Below are positions 1 to 11,910 of a stretch of DNA of 64,000 nt, piece after piece (within the stretch, counting starts at the first letter, position 1; each line of letters begins with the position of its first letter). The stretch is from contig NIVC01000540.1 of NCBI GenBank assembly GCA_002269645.1, forward strand, positions 124,001-188,000, given 5' to 3'. Source of the stretch: Macrostomum lignano (lineage: Eukaryota). A model generated the notes under the pieces. That model saw only the letters and a program-made list of their open reading frames with translations, had not been told where the DNA came from and did no database searches. The position numbers were made by a program, and so were the translations under genes.

Positions 1-848
1 GGATTTAGAGACAGCCTCGGATATACAGAACTAAACATACACGAATACACAATTATCAATGGATAAAAGTACTTCAATAAGGACTTAGCTCATAAAGAAT
101 TGCTAAACTCTTTGCAGACAAACTTAATTTGTTTCTCAGCTTGGTGACTTAGTTTCCGCTCAGACAAGGCTCTGCATTTTTGAGGCTGTCTTTACAGCAG
201 ACAAAAATCGCAAGCAGCTCATCAATCACCGCAGTATTCAAATGCGTTGGGAATTCCAGCGACGCAAGGGAATTCAATTTCCTAGGGTAGAAAGTGAAGC
301 AATCTTATTACGCGGGTGCTAATTTAGAGCCACGTCTGCTTTCGAAGAGTGGACGAAGGATCCGCTCGCATATGTTTCGAATTCTCAAGAGTTGTATGTA
401 CACTAGCCACTCTGCACATTGCCTCAAAGCGAGACCAAATTTCTGCAAATTCCACTGCCTACACCTGAGCAAGCTTACAAGCAGTTGGGTGCTTATTTAG
501 GCACACGTACACATAAATATACGCTCGTACATCTGCCCTCGACACTGACACTTGCATCACGAATTTGACTTTCTGTGCCTCAGATCGTGAACAGTACATG
601 TATACATGAAGAATGTAAACTGTGACCCGTAAAAATTTGGTCTGGCATTCACCCATCAGATTATTCGACATCTCTGAATTTAGTAATGAACTAATTTTTC
701 ATTGGCTCTCAGTTGAAAGAAAAAAACGTGACAAGTCTCTGGTCTAAGCCAATGATCACACCGCAAAGAGCTTAAGTTTCGCCTCAAAATAGGCTGAGCC
801 AAATTTCCTAAAATAATTCTCCCTTAGACTGTCACAAAAACAACTAAG

Positions 849-1183
849 ATGAATTACACCGGCATTAGCCAAGCAGAGCTGGTTGATCTGTTAATGTTAA
901 CAGCAGTTTCAGCGGTTGGCACATTCGGTAACTGCCTCGTGATATTCTGCGTGCTAATTCTCAGACGTATGCGCACCGTCACGGCGATTTTTGTTGCCAA
1001 CTTGGCCGGAGCCGGGCTCCTGTTGGCCGGCCTGGTGGCACCAAGCTCAAGCCGGTTGCTGTGGAAACGCTTTGATAATAACGATGCGTCTGAGGACGAT
1101 CAATGGTGTCGAATTTTCGGAGAATTGTTATTTTTTGGTTGCGCGGCTAGCGTCAATATGAGTGCACTGATTGCGGTTGCAAG
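849..1183 (+). CDS. Class A GPCR, melatonin-receptor-like, exon 1 (TM1-TM3)
   Basis: ORF with TM1 GTFGNCLVI, TM2 FVANLAGAGLL and TM3 ending VAR. Phase-2 GT donor at 1184 joins exon 2 to give AR-YIAVC, the DRY-equivalent motif. Confidence 0.8.
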
Positions 1184-1471
1184 GTGATGCTCACCATTTT
1201 TTGGACTGCTTTGGACTTGGCTCGTATAATTTCAAATATTTATTTACGTGCACAGATTTATAAACTATTCTAAGGACAAGGATTTACATTAAGAAATGAA
1301 GTGTCTAGCAAATACTAGTAATATTTATCCAACCATGACATTGCAGTACCTAGGGAATTAAAATGAAAAAGCTGCAAGTCTCGAATACCAAGGCACATAC
1401 CAAATAGCTTTAGTGAAAGAAATAACGAAGCGTTATTATAAACTACTCCAATTAAATACGGTGCAAACCAG

Positions 1472-1915
1472 GTACATTGCCGTGTGCCGACCGCACTTGT
1501 CTGCCTACCTGTTCAGACACTGGCGAGTGACAGGATGGTGTCTCGTCGCCTGGGTCTACACAGCATTACAAGTGGTTGCACCCACCTAGACCGGACTGTT
1601 TCGATATGCTTACAACCCGGCAACAGGTGTGTGTCATCTTAATTACACCAGGCAGCCAATAGCTGTTGCTGTCTACATAAACTGCGCATGCTTCGCGCCA
1701 AGTGCGCTTCTCTGCGCCGTCTCATACGCGCTGATATTTTGCAACCTGCGTCGAGCGCGTCAACGACTGGCAGCTCAGAGCGACGCTGCCGCAGCAGCCC
1801 GGCGACTACGCCGTGAGAGACGCGCAACTCTGCCAATGTTCGCAGCTTTGATGGCCTTCCTGGCTCACTGGCTTCCCGTTATGGTGGCTCTGGCGCTAGA
1901 TCCAGCCTTCGACAG
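1472..1915 (+). pseudogene. GPCR exon 2 (TM3 end to TM6) with an in-frame TAG at 1587-1589
   Basis: AG acceptor at 1470-71. Reads YIAVCRPHL...AWVYTALQVVAPT*TGLFRYAYNPATGVCHL...FLAHWLP. GT donor at 1916. Confidence 0.75.
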
Positions 1916-2254
1916 GTAAAACAAGCGAATGCGTACTAACCATGCGCTAAATTGAAGTACAAGTGACCAAGCGATTTGTTTGCTCTAATCTCTCTGAATT
2001 AATTCCGCCTGAACAAAGGAACGAAGATGCAAATCGCCACAAAACTGGTCTAATTTTTTCCCTGCAAAATATTTCATATTCACCAGAAAATTCAGGACCT
2101 GACGCTGAGAAGAATAGAAATCACGTTACCAGTGCCTTTGAATTTATGTGCCACAGCTAGGATGCAGCAACCAATAAGCAGAGTAAAATCTGTTATGTAG
2201 TCATTCTTTTAATTAGGTGAATTTTAGCTCCCTAAAGCCTTGCCCCTATCTCAG

Positions 2255-2735
2255 ATTCCAGCCCGGAGTGCACAGACACCTCGGCCTATTTAGCATAGCC
2301 AGCGCCTGCGACAATTGGATCATCTACGGACTGCTGAATCGGCACTTTTCAAGCGCTTATCGCGACGTTCTATGCAGCCTGTGTCGATGTTTGCAACGTC
2401 AGCGACAAATGAAGCATCGCCCAACAATAGCGCATCGGCGCACGCGGCACCTGCAACGACAGCGATCGCTGACAGGCAATCAGTCGCACCGGCGCTTAGC
2501 GCCAATCTGCAACCAGGAGGTCGACTTTAATGAGCCAATCAATCAACGGCCGGAGCGGGAAAATGAAGAGCAAGCGTCGCTGTCGCATTATGGCAACGAC
2601 AGATTAGACGTGATTAATGGCCGTTCAAGAGTTGCAATCACTTTTGAATTGCCAATGATCGAACGGCAGGCGATAGCTGCAGCAGATGATGATGAATCTA
2701 ACTTAGACATTTGCGCGCCAATAGATGTATACTAA
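2255..2735 (+). CDS. GPCR exon 3 (TM7, helix 8, C-tail)
   Basis: AG acceptor at 2253-54, phase-compatible with exon 2. CDNWIIYGLLNRHFSSAY resembles the melatonin-receptor TM7 motif CLNAIIYGLLNQNF. Confidence 0.78.
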
Positions 2736-3316
2736 TCTTTAGAATGAGATGCCTGCGGTATCAGTAAAGCAGCATTGGTACTCAACAGAGTCTACAATGG
2801 GTACTTTAAGCGACTAGCGTTTAATAAACTCGTAGATTTCACGCCTTTATATTCAATACTCGTAGTAATGCTAAAATATTGCATAGATCATTCATGCGCA
2901 GTCACTGTTTGCCGAAAGACTTCTGGCATCCAACACACTGGCATGGTTAGCGTTGGTGCATATTATTAGGTAGAAAAAGTAGGTTATTTTATAATCGACG
3001 CAAGTATTTCATTCCAATTTATGATTGCACAAGATAAGAAGTTTTTTCACCATACAGGCAACTTGAAAATGGGACTTAGAATCTGCGTCACTTTATCGCT
3101 GGAGAGACCGAAGAAATGGGGGGATTCCTAGTCGACTGTGTTAGTGAAATAAGTGAGCGAAGATTGAATATATATTTGTACAAAAAGAACGAAAACTCAA
3201 ATATAAGAATAGCTGCACTATTTCACCCTCGATTTTGAACATGGACAACTTCGAAACTGACAAACTCCTCCTCAATATTGACTCTATGGCCAGGCACTCA
3301 AAATCTACAATCATTA

Positions 3317-4041
3317 TAGCTTGTTGCAGCCCATTTGGGCTTACACGCATTGAATTTAATCCAAGATACGTTTGCTAAAGTAATGGAGCTTTTGTCCATG
3401 GTAGCAAGGCTGGTACAGCGGTGTTTAATTTTGTCCAACAACAACAAGCATCAATTTGGTCCATAGCTTCATTTGGAACTGCTGCGAAGGAGCAAGATAA
3501 GCCCCAGAATTGCGGACCATATGCTAGGCAGTCCAGTCGAACGAATGCCATTGGCTTGTGATCGAAAGATTGCAAGGTTGCTGAATGTAAAAGAAAAGAT
3601 GGTTTACAGCATCCATCAGCGCGTTGAAACCACTGGCGGCATAGATCGCCTGCGAAGAGGTGGAAATCGCAAAGCAAGTTGCGAGAGCCTCAGGTCCAAC
3701 TGCTACTCGATGCAGTTGAGACGAATCCTTTGTTGACGGAGCAGAAAATGCAGCAGAAGTTGAAGGAACAGTTCCAGTTGGTTATCAGATTTTGACTATC
3801 TGCAGAGCTCTAGAAAAGCGACTGAAAATTGTTGATAGAGACGCTGACATTCCAGTGGTACGCAACAATCGCAGACGGTTAAGAGAAGGCAAGGAGTTTG
3901 AGGAATGGCTCACGAGCGTTTGGACCAAATGGGTGCTTTTTGGACCAAATTAAATGCCACTGTGCCAGCCTCGCTACTATAGACAAAAGCTCCAGTACAT
4001 TGGCAAACATATCAATGCGCGTAGGCCCAAATGAGCTGCAA
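3317..4041 (+). mobile_element. Internally deleted Tc1/IS630-like DNA transposon, copy 1
   Basis: About 110-bp TIRs (GCAGCCCATTTGGGCTTACACGCATTG... at the left, ...CAATGCGCGTAGGCCCAAATGAGCTGC at the right). Internal remnant KIARLLNVKEKMVYSIHQRVETTGG is HTH-like. Homologous to 56526-57270 in the opposite orientation. Confidence 0.75.
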
Positions 4042-5228
4042 TTCTCCCAGGAGAAGTTGACGAAACCTGCATTGTCAAAATTGAAGCTCGATCTGTCAAT
4101 ACTGATTGCAGATTTTGAGTGCCCGACCGTAGAGCGTTAATATTGAAGAGGAGTTAACCAGTTTCGTGTTCTGCTTGTTCAAAATGAGGGTAAAATGGTG
4201 TACAACTACATACACACAGCTAAATAAACAATTCCTAAACAAACAAACAAACAACAAAAATATAATCATGAAACAATATCAAGGCTAAAGAAGCACTGTG
4301 GATGCAAATATTAATTATTTATCCTTCTTCACTTATTATTTCTTAAATATGCGTTAAAGTTACCCTCGTTTTTAGCTACTAGTAGTAACCTACTAAGCGA
4401 AGTAACAAACAATATAGAGAAGCTAGCCAGCTATAATTTGCCAACGAAGATTGAAAACACATTTTATCTATTAAAAAAATCAATAATTCCTTAGTAAAAC
4501 CAGACTCGCATGAATGATCTTTGCATACTGTGGCCTAACCTGTTGCGTTCTATTGTGAAAAGAAGCTTCCATTGGGCTTTTAAGGTGCACTTTTAAATTC
4601 CCAACTTAGAGCCGGTTAGCTTGAAGTCCAATAGCCTGGCTATTGTGCGCATGAGAAACTTTTGCCTACTGCACAAGCTTATGCACTTAAACAGAATCTT
4701 GCCAATTTTTCCAAGAAGACGATACAGCTCAAGGCCTAGTATAGGTCCCTGCAGCCTCATCACATATGTAATTGTAGCTGCCGCAGGTGTCATGTCTGGC
4801 ACAGACTAGCCGGACGCAGACTGCCCTATTCCCAACAACATTTTTGATTCTGCATTGCTAACTGAATGAATCATTACGCTACTATTCACTCTCTCCTTTC
4901 CTTCCTATTGTTTCAGCAAAGTAACTGGGCAGTGGAGTGTGCTAAGAGACTGAATATTGAATTGGGACTGGGGAGACCTGCCACTGTGCAGAAAGCAAGG
5001 AAAGACTGATGCAGGCGGGACAACGGAGGAAAAAAACTACGGAGAGAACCTCCCCTCACAGCCAAGCAGCTTTCAAGGCCGGCCAACATCTTTCCAAACA
5101 AACGCTTGAGATGGGCAGCTAAAACTTGTGGCGCACAATGCCAATTTTCATTCAGCTTTAGATCTTATTCAGCTACTCCTAAAGACTGTGAAAGATGTGG
5201 AAGAACTCGACTGAACAATCAATTCTAT

Positions 5229-5528
5229 CATACATGCGCAACAGTCGGCCGAGTCGGCCGATCCGGCCGACTGATTTGGTGACCAACCAAGGAAGTCGCA
5301 AAAATGCCCACCCGAAAAAATACCTAAGTAGTAGTACTAAGTAGCTGACGAGGCATTTTTTGTTAATAAGACAGTCATAGTTACTCCTGCCGTTTACCCA
5401 AAGTTGCGTTAATTTTGCTTTAGGGTTTTTTTTTACATGTAAGTCGCATTTCTGGCCAAAAACTATGTCGCATTTTTGTTAAAACTAAGTCGCACGGCCG
5501 ACCGAATTTTGGAGGTTGCGCATGTATG
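5229..5528. mobile_element. 300-bp hAT-type MITE, copy 1
   Basis: 14-bp TIR CATACATGCGCAAC...GTTGCGCATGTATG. 8-bp TSD AATTCTAT at 5221-5228 and 5529-5536. Near-identical to 21076-21375. Confidence 0.92.
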
Positions 5529-5859
5529 AATTCTATACAATAACGAATGGGATGGTTCTGAAAACAATAAAGGACTGCAGGCAGATACCTCGGTGCTCCT
5601 CATGCGAAGAAATGCATGTTCGAAGAAAATATAATCAGATTTAAACTGCTGGAAAACTATGGAAGCAGCTAAAAGCAAATAAAATTTTGAACCATCGTGC
5701 AGTTTATTGTTTTACACAGATGGTGCTTGGCATGGTTCTGTAATATTTTCAGTTAATTTTGGAAAATGATAAACTTGTACTTACTGTACATAGGATTAAA
5801 CTCAACGCTCTTTATAGGAATGTTAAATGAAGAAGAATCCAGCTCATGGCTGCGGGCAA

Positions 5860-6590
5860 GATGAGAGTGGAAAGGAGAGGGAGAGGAGAAATGGTATGGG
5901 GTAAAAAAGATATATTCTCTTAAAAAGAAGAGGGAAAAGACGAGAAGGGAAAGATGGGAGAGAGGAGAGAGAAGAGGGAATAGAGAGGAGAGAGAAGAGA
6001 GGGGATAGAGGGGAGAGAGAAGAGGGGAGAGAGGATAGATGGGAGGGGGAGAGGGGAGAGAAGGGAGAGGAGAGGGGAGAAGGTACAGAGGGGAGAGAGC
6101 AGAGAGGGGAGAAGGTAGAGAGGGGAGAGGGCAGAGAGGGAAAAGGTACAGAGGGGAGAGGGCAGAGAGGGAAAAGGTACAGAGGGGAGAGGGCAGAGAG
6201 GGGAGAAGGTAGAGGGGAGAGAGGATAGAGGGGAGGGGGAGAGAGGGGAGAAGGTAGAGAGGGGGAGAAGGAAAAGGGTGAGGAGAGAGTGCAGAGAGGG
6301 GAGAGGGGAGAGATAGAAGAGGGGAGGAGAGAAGAGGGGAGAGAGAAGAGGGAAGATAGGAGAGAAAGTAGAGGGGAGAGAGGAGAGAGGGAAAAGAGAG
6401 GGGAGAGAACAGGGGAGAAGAGAGGAGAGAGGGGAAAGAAGGAAGAGAAGGGAGAGGGGGAGAGAGGAGAGGGCAGAGACCAGAGAGGGAAGAGAGGAGA
6501 GAGGGAAGAGAGCAGAGAAAATAGAGAGGAGAGAAGGGAAGGCTTGGAAGAAAAGCTGAGAGAGAAGTAAATAAAGAGAAAAGAGGTCAC
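5860..6590. repeat. Purine-rich (GA-rich) low-complexity tract
   Basis: Irregular AG/GGGA repeats; the S/P/L-rich and R/E/G-rich ORFs over it are compositional artefacts. Confidence 0.9.
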
Positions 6591-7066
6591 AGCATATTTA
6601 AAAAATTAGAATATAGGCTACTGGTTTTAAGCCTCTAGGCTCTTTGTCAGGCCAAAAATTAGGGTGTAATGCAATTCAAGTTTGCCTTTTAAGTATTATT
6701 TTTGTCAGTCTGATAAAATAGATAAGGAACTATATTATACAAGAGGTGTACATTAAAAACTCAATTCTGTCTAGCTCTAACTTGTCTCAGAGGCTTTAAA
6801 CCAGTCATTTTCATTGACTATATTTAGTATATTAAAAATTGCTTTTTTTGAAGTACTACAATTAAATACAATGCAGGTATTAAAGATAGGAGCCTAATAA
6901 TTGATATTTGCAAGTACAAGGGGTGTCCCAAAAGTCTATGCACTTTCTTCACTATAGTTTTTTTTCTGACCAATCAGAAACATTAAGTCTGTTGCAGTTG
7001 AAAAGAGAATTATCTGCCCGTTAAAATGACTTTCTGTTTATTTCTGTATCAGCTGGCATTCTTGAG

Positions 7067-7319
7067 ATATGAGCACTTTTCTGCCCCACCCCCTGTGCTA
7101 CTTTTACGAATTGCCATAGACCAAAGCTTTGTACCTCATGCACAAAACAACAAAACATTCAACGAATCAACAAAAAATCTGCAACATGAAAGCTGAGGAA
7201 AGAAAAGTTAAAAGTTAATCATCATTGTCCTGAGGCTTCTCCACATAGTCACCACTGGGTGCGCTGCACACTTCTGCCATCAGCTGTGCACAGGGGGTGG
7301 GACAGAAAAGTGTTCATAT
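7067..7319. mobile_element. Small inverted-repeat element (MITE-like or Tc1 IR/DR remnant)
   Basis: 32-bp inverted repeat ATATGAGCACTTTTCTGCCCCACCCCCTGTGC (7067-7098) versus 7288-7319, with 2 mismatches. A Tc1-like end TACAAGGGGTGTCCCAAAAG lies at about 6915. No TSD found. Confidence 0.5.
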
Positions 7320-7462
7320 GCTCTTGGAGCCACAAGATAGGCTCTGAAAGATTAAAAAACTAGAAGCTGGTCTTAGTCCCTAGGGAGAAAGAGCATGTGG
7401 TGAGTGGGTGTAGCATTTGCAGTGGGATGACCCACAGTAATAGAACCCTTTGGGGTACAACT

Positions 7463-7515
<53 letters not shown>

Positions 7516-7528
7516 TTAATCATCCATA

Positions 7529-8297
7529 GGCCCATTCCATATAAGATGGACATATTTGGAAAATAGAAAAAAGTCAATGTTTTTGCTTGTCATTGCCTTA
7601 TCAACCAATTTTTTACCAAATCTTTTTTGTATGTAATGTATACAATCTAAGAATAAATAAATGATAAAATGTTGGATTAGTATGTTATCAATTGGCAAAA
7701 AGTTATTTTTGTAAAAAAATGGACATTTTCTAAGCAAAAGACATTATTAAGTTTATGTACCTTTTAAAAACAAATAGAAAGCTTTAGAAGGTTAAAACAA
7801 ACTATATATAAAATTATAGTGCTTGCATCATCAGATAAAAACATTAGCAACCATATAATGTATTATATTTTTAATATATTAGTACTTCAGTTACTGAATT
7901 GACAGAAAAAAATATGTTATGACCATAAGGCTGCCTTTTCTTTTGTATGTTTGTTGTCTTTTTGAGTTTATATATTCTAATAAAAGAGTATGACTTCTAA
8001 AGATGTTCTTAGTCAAATTTAAAAAAACTATTGCAAAATATCAAAAATGAAAAATGTTATAAGACTTTTACCTTTTCCTTTCTACATGTCAAAAATCCTA
8101 TTGTTACAACCATAAGTGCCATTCAAGGTTTAATAGCATCTATACTAATGATGATATCTATATGAAACTTTATAAACATATTCTTGACAAAATAATCTTT
8201 CATTCAAAATATTGGTTTAGTATATTCTATTATTAGATTTCATTTTATAAGTACAAATAGTCTGTCATGTTACGACCATAATTATATGGAATGGCCC
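7529..8297. mobile_element. About 770-bp non-autonomous TIR element with 4-bp TSD, copy 1
   Basis: TIR GGCCCATTCCATATAA...TTATATGGAATGGCCC (imperfect), flanked by CATA on both sides. Reverse-complement homolog at 23609-24394. Confidence 0.8.
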
Positions 8298-9759
8298 CAT
8301 AGAGTTAAGAGATGGAAAACTAAGCTCTTTTTCTATAATCTTTCTATCCTAAATTTTATCTAACTCAACACATAGATTTGCAAAACCCCAAATAACCTTT
8401 AACCCTCACACTTAGCAACCTACTAGAACTAAAAAAATTCATGTACAACTAGAAAACTGAGTCCCAGATTTTTATTGCTTAAACCCCCACCATTGTTAAC
8501 CACGCGAAGACATCCCACTGGCAGTGGGGAAGGTCAAAATGGCCAATTGGCCTATCTCAAACTGGAGTGGCACTTTGTTTTTCCTGTACAGTTTTTAGAT
8601 CTCAACTCACTCCTTTTGTATTGGTCTATGGACTATCCAGTTGGCTCAAATTCAAGTCTTAAACCCAGTTATTTGCCTTGAAGTTACACAGAGCAAAATA
8701 CTTGTGAGATTCAAATTCAGCCTAGATACTAGAAGATACTATCAGTTTATACAGTTTTCTCTGGTGGCCTGATAAGAGATAAAGAGCTGTTAGAACCTTA
8801 GACCACTAGATCTAGATTTTAGAAAGTAAGACTAACACTTAAGCCCTAGAGAAAATGTGTATAAGTTTTGTTTCATTCTTGGGACATGGTGTTGATGTTA
8901 CTACCATGATGTATATATATATGTATACATATAGATATATATATATATATATATATAATGAATAATACTAATAGAATGCATAGAAAAAGAAAAAATAATA
9001 ATTACTAAAGGGCCTAACATCTTTTAGTTTGTCTTTAAAATCTCATTATCAATTTACAAAGTAGCAACTAAAATATAGTAAAAATAGTCTTAAATAGTAA
9101 ACTTAAAGTCTTTCTTTAAACTTTAAACTTTAAAGTTCTTTCAATATAAGCCTAACCTTGATTTAAAGAGGGCAATGTTGCAGTTTGTTTTGCATAATTA
9201 TTTTTACTTTTGAATATGCACCAACGTATCACGGAGAGTTTAAATTCGTGCTGACTTGTCATGCCACGTCATCTTAAAAGGCCATAGACACTTTTGGGCA
9301 AGTTTTAGTGAGGGGTGAAGGCAGCAATCTTTTACACTGCTCAAGATTTCCCAACCTAGAATTGCTTAAGATATACAATATTTCGCAAGTCATGGCAAGA
9401 CGTCCAGCTGCACAATCATTTGTAATCCCACCTGCTGAGATTGTACCTGCTGCCAAGCTGCTAAATCTGATGGATGGCACATTCCCTTTGCACTACATGT
9501 ATGATATGACTTATCTTGAAGAGTTCCTTTGATGTCGCATGTACCCTACCAACGTCTTTGGTCATACATGCCCAACAACACCTGTCGGACCCGTCCAAAC
9601 CAGATGGGTGAAATGGCTGCCAGCCAAGGTAAGTCGCAAAATTGAAATGGGAAAAACAAAAAATTGGGGGAAGAAAGAAAGGAGAGGAAGAGAAAAGGAA
9701 AAGAAAGGAAGGAGAGAGGGAAAGAGGAGAGAGAAAGAGAAAGAGAAGAAAAGAGAACA

Positions 9760-10010
9760 GAGGAACTAAGTAGCAATTAGGAGGAACTAAGTTGCAATCA
9801 GGAGGAACTAAGTCGCAATCGGGAGGAATTAAGTCACAATCGGGAGGCACTAAGTCACAATCAGGAGGAACTAAGTCGCAATTAGGAGGAACTAAATCAC
9901 AATTGAGAGGAACTAATTTGCAATCAGGAGGAACTAAGTCGCAATCGGGAGGAACTAAGTTGCAATTGGGAGGAACTAAGTCGCAATTGGGAGGAACTAA
10001 GTTGCAATTG
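9760..10010. repeat. 21-bp tandem repeat (GGAGGAACTAAGTCGCAATC-type), about 12 copies, inside the hAT element
   Basis: Periodicity is directly visible. The unit contains the AAGTCGCA motif also repeated near the family's ends. Confidence 0.9.
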
Positions 10011-10604
10011 GAAGATTTTTTGCCTGTCCTCTAGGCATTGCAGTAGTGTATCTAGGCATTGTATATATGGCAAATTTTCAAAGGCATGATACATAGAAGG
10101 CTCCAATTTGTGTGCAGCACAATGGTATTGGAAGAAATTGTTTTTTGCCCATGGTTTTAGCAAACTTGTAAGTCCAACCTAATTTCCTGTCATCACAGAT
10201 GCTTTATCTGTTGTAACGCCTTGTGGGTTGTTGCATCTGCAACATCTCAATCTCAATTTTTGCATTCTACACAGATAGATCTCTATTAGAAGCAACAACC
10301 TCTGGATTTTGCACCGCCATTAACAGTTTCTCTCTGTGTGGGATGGTGATGCTTCTAGTTCTCTTGAATGTGCTACAGATGCACCATCACCTGATCCCTA
10401 GGCTGCACTTAAGATTGCTGGTAAATTTTATTCTAATATTCAATGTGTACCAAAATCATCATTAACTTTCCAGGAGTTTCACGACCAAGTTTCCATCATG
10501 TAAAGAGCAATGGCTTTTGCTCTTCAGCTACAGAAAGGGGGCACCAGTTGATAGAATAGTCTTCATGGCCTTTTTCATCCCATTCACATGCAGGATTCAG
10601 TATA

Positions 10605-11910
10605 CGAGGGCTGAGCAATAAGTTTCTGGGTGTGCATAGTTGAGAGGCAGCTGACAAAATCTGACACCATGGGTGTAAATTACATTATATAAGTACAATG
10701 TTTGTAAAGTTTCAAACACACTGGTCATATATAGCCAGTGCAGCATCCCAAACCAAGCTAGCATAGCCACCCTATCTATCAAATTCACAATGGAGCTCAA
10801 TAGGAGTCATTTTAGAGCAATGATTTATTACCATTTTAAAAGTGGTTTGCGGCAGCAAGAAAGTCTTGAGCGATTGCGAGGAGCATTTGGGGATGAAACA
10901 TTATCTAGATCCACCATTTTTGACTGGTTTACCAAATTTTGATGTGGCAGGCAGAGTCTGGATGATGAGGAGCACAGCGGCTGGTCTGTCTCCACAATGA
11001 CTGAGGATAATGTTGCTGCTGTCCAGGCCATGGTTGAGGATGATGCCCGAGTGACTAGCCCAGATAGAGGCAGAGGTGGGTATTTCATCAGGATCCATCA
11101 GGACGATCCTGCATTCACATCTTAACCTAAGCAAGATTTCTGCACGCTGGGTGCCTCATCAGCTGACTCTGGAGCAGGAGGCTCGGGTGACCTGGTGTCA
11201 CACTATGCTCAATAGATTCAATGGAGGCAGCTCAAACTCAGTCTGGGATATTGTCAGTGGTGACGAGTCCTAGATCCATAGTTTCGACCCGGAGACTAAG
11301 CAGCAGTCGGCCCAGTGGACTCCAGTTGGTGGCACCTCACCATCTCAGCTTTGGCGAGCGAGAGCACAGCATGGTAAAACAGATGGTGGCCGTTTTTGTG
11401 GTGAAAACTGGTCACCTGGCCAGGGTTCCACTCGTGCAGCAGCGCACAGTCACCGGTGACTGGTACGCCAATGTTTGCCTGCCAGAAATGCTGAGCGCTC
11501 TCTCCAGGCATCACCCAAGGACTCGAGCTTGGGGCATCCTTCTCCATCACGACAACGCCCTGGCCCACAAGGCTCGACAGGTGGCAGAGTTCCTGGCCAG
11601 AGAGCGCATTCAAGAGCTTGGTCATCCACCCTACAGCCCCAACCTGGCCCCTGCAACTTTTTTGTGTTTCCACAAATCAAGCACAAGATGCGTGGAATCC
11701 GCTATGGATCACCAGAAGCTGCAGTGGAGGCTTTCATCTGGCATGTGGAGGAGGTGCCTGCTTCAGATTGGTCTAGCTGCTTCAGCAAGTGGTAAAGCGC
11801 ATGAAAATTTATATCAAATCTGCTGGAGAGTACTTTGAAATGATGTAACTGTTTTTTCTCTTTAACTATTTCTGTCTGGGCACATCCAGAAACTTATTGC
11901 TTAGCCCTTA
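10605..11910 (+). mobile_element. Mariner (DD34D) transposon, full length, degenerate
   Basis: TIR CGAGGGCTGAGCAATAAGTTTCTGG / CCAGAAACTTATTGCTTAGCCCTTA. TA at 10603-4 and 11911-12. 1306 bp. Confidence 0.93.
10790..11848 (+). pseudogene. Mariner transposase pseudogene
   Basis: MELNRSHFRAMIYYHF..., WVPHQL, IVSGDES*, LHHDNA, HPPYSPNLAP motifs; several stops and frameshifts. Confidence 0.93.

Noticed and set aside
4913-5101. Short ORF with SFFP, faintly like a LINE ORF2 C-terminus
   Set aside because: Only a 4-residue resemblance; no RT motifs or 3' tail.
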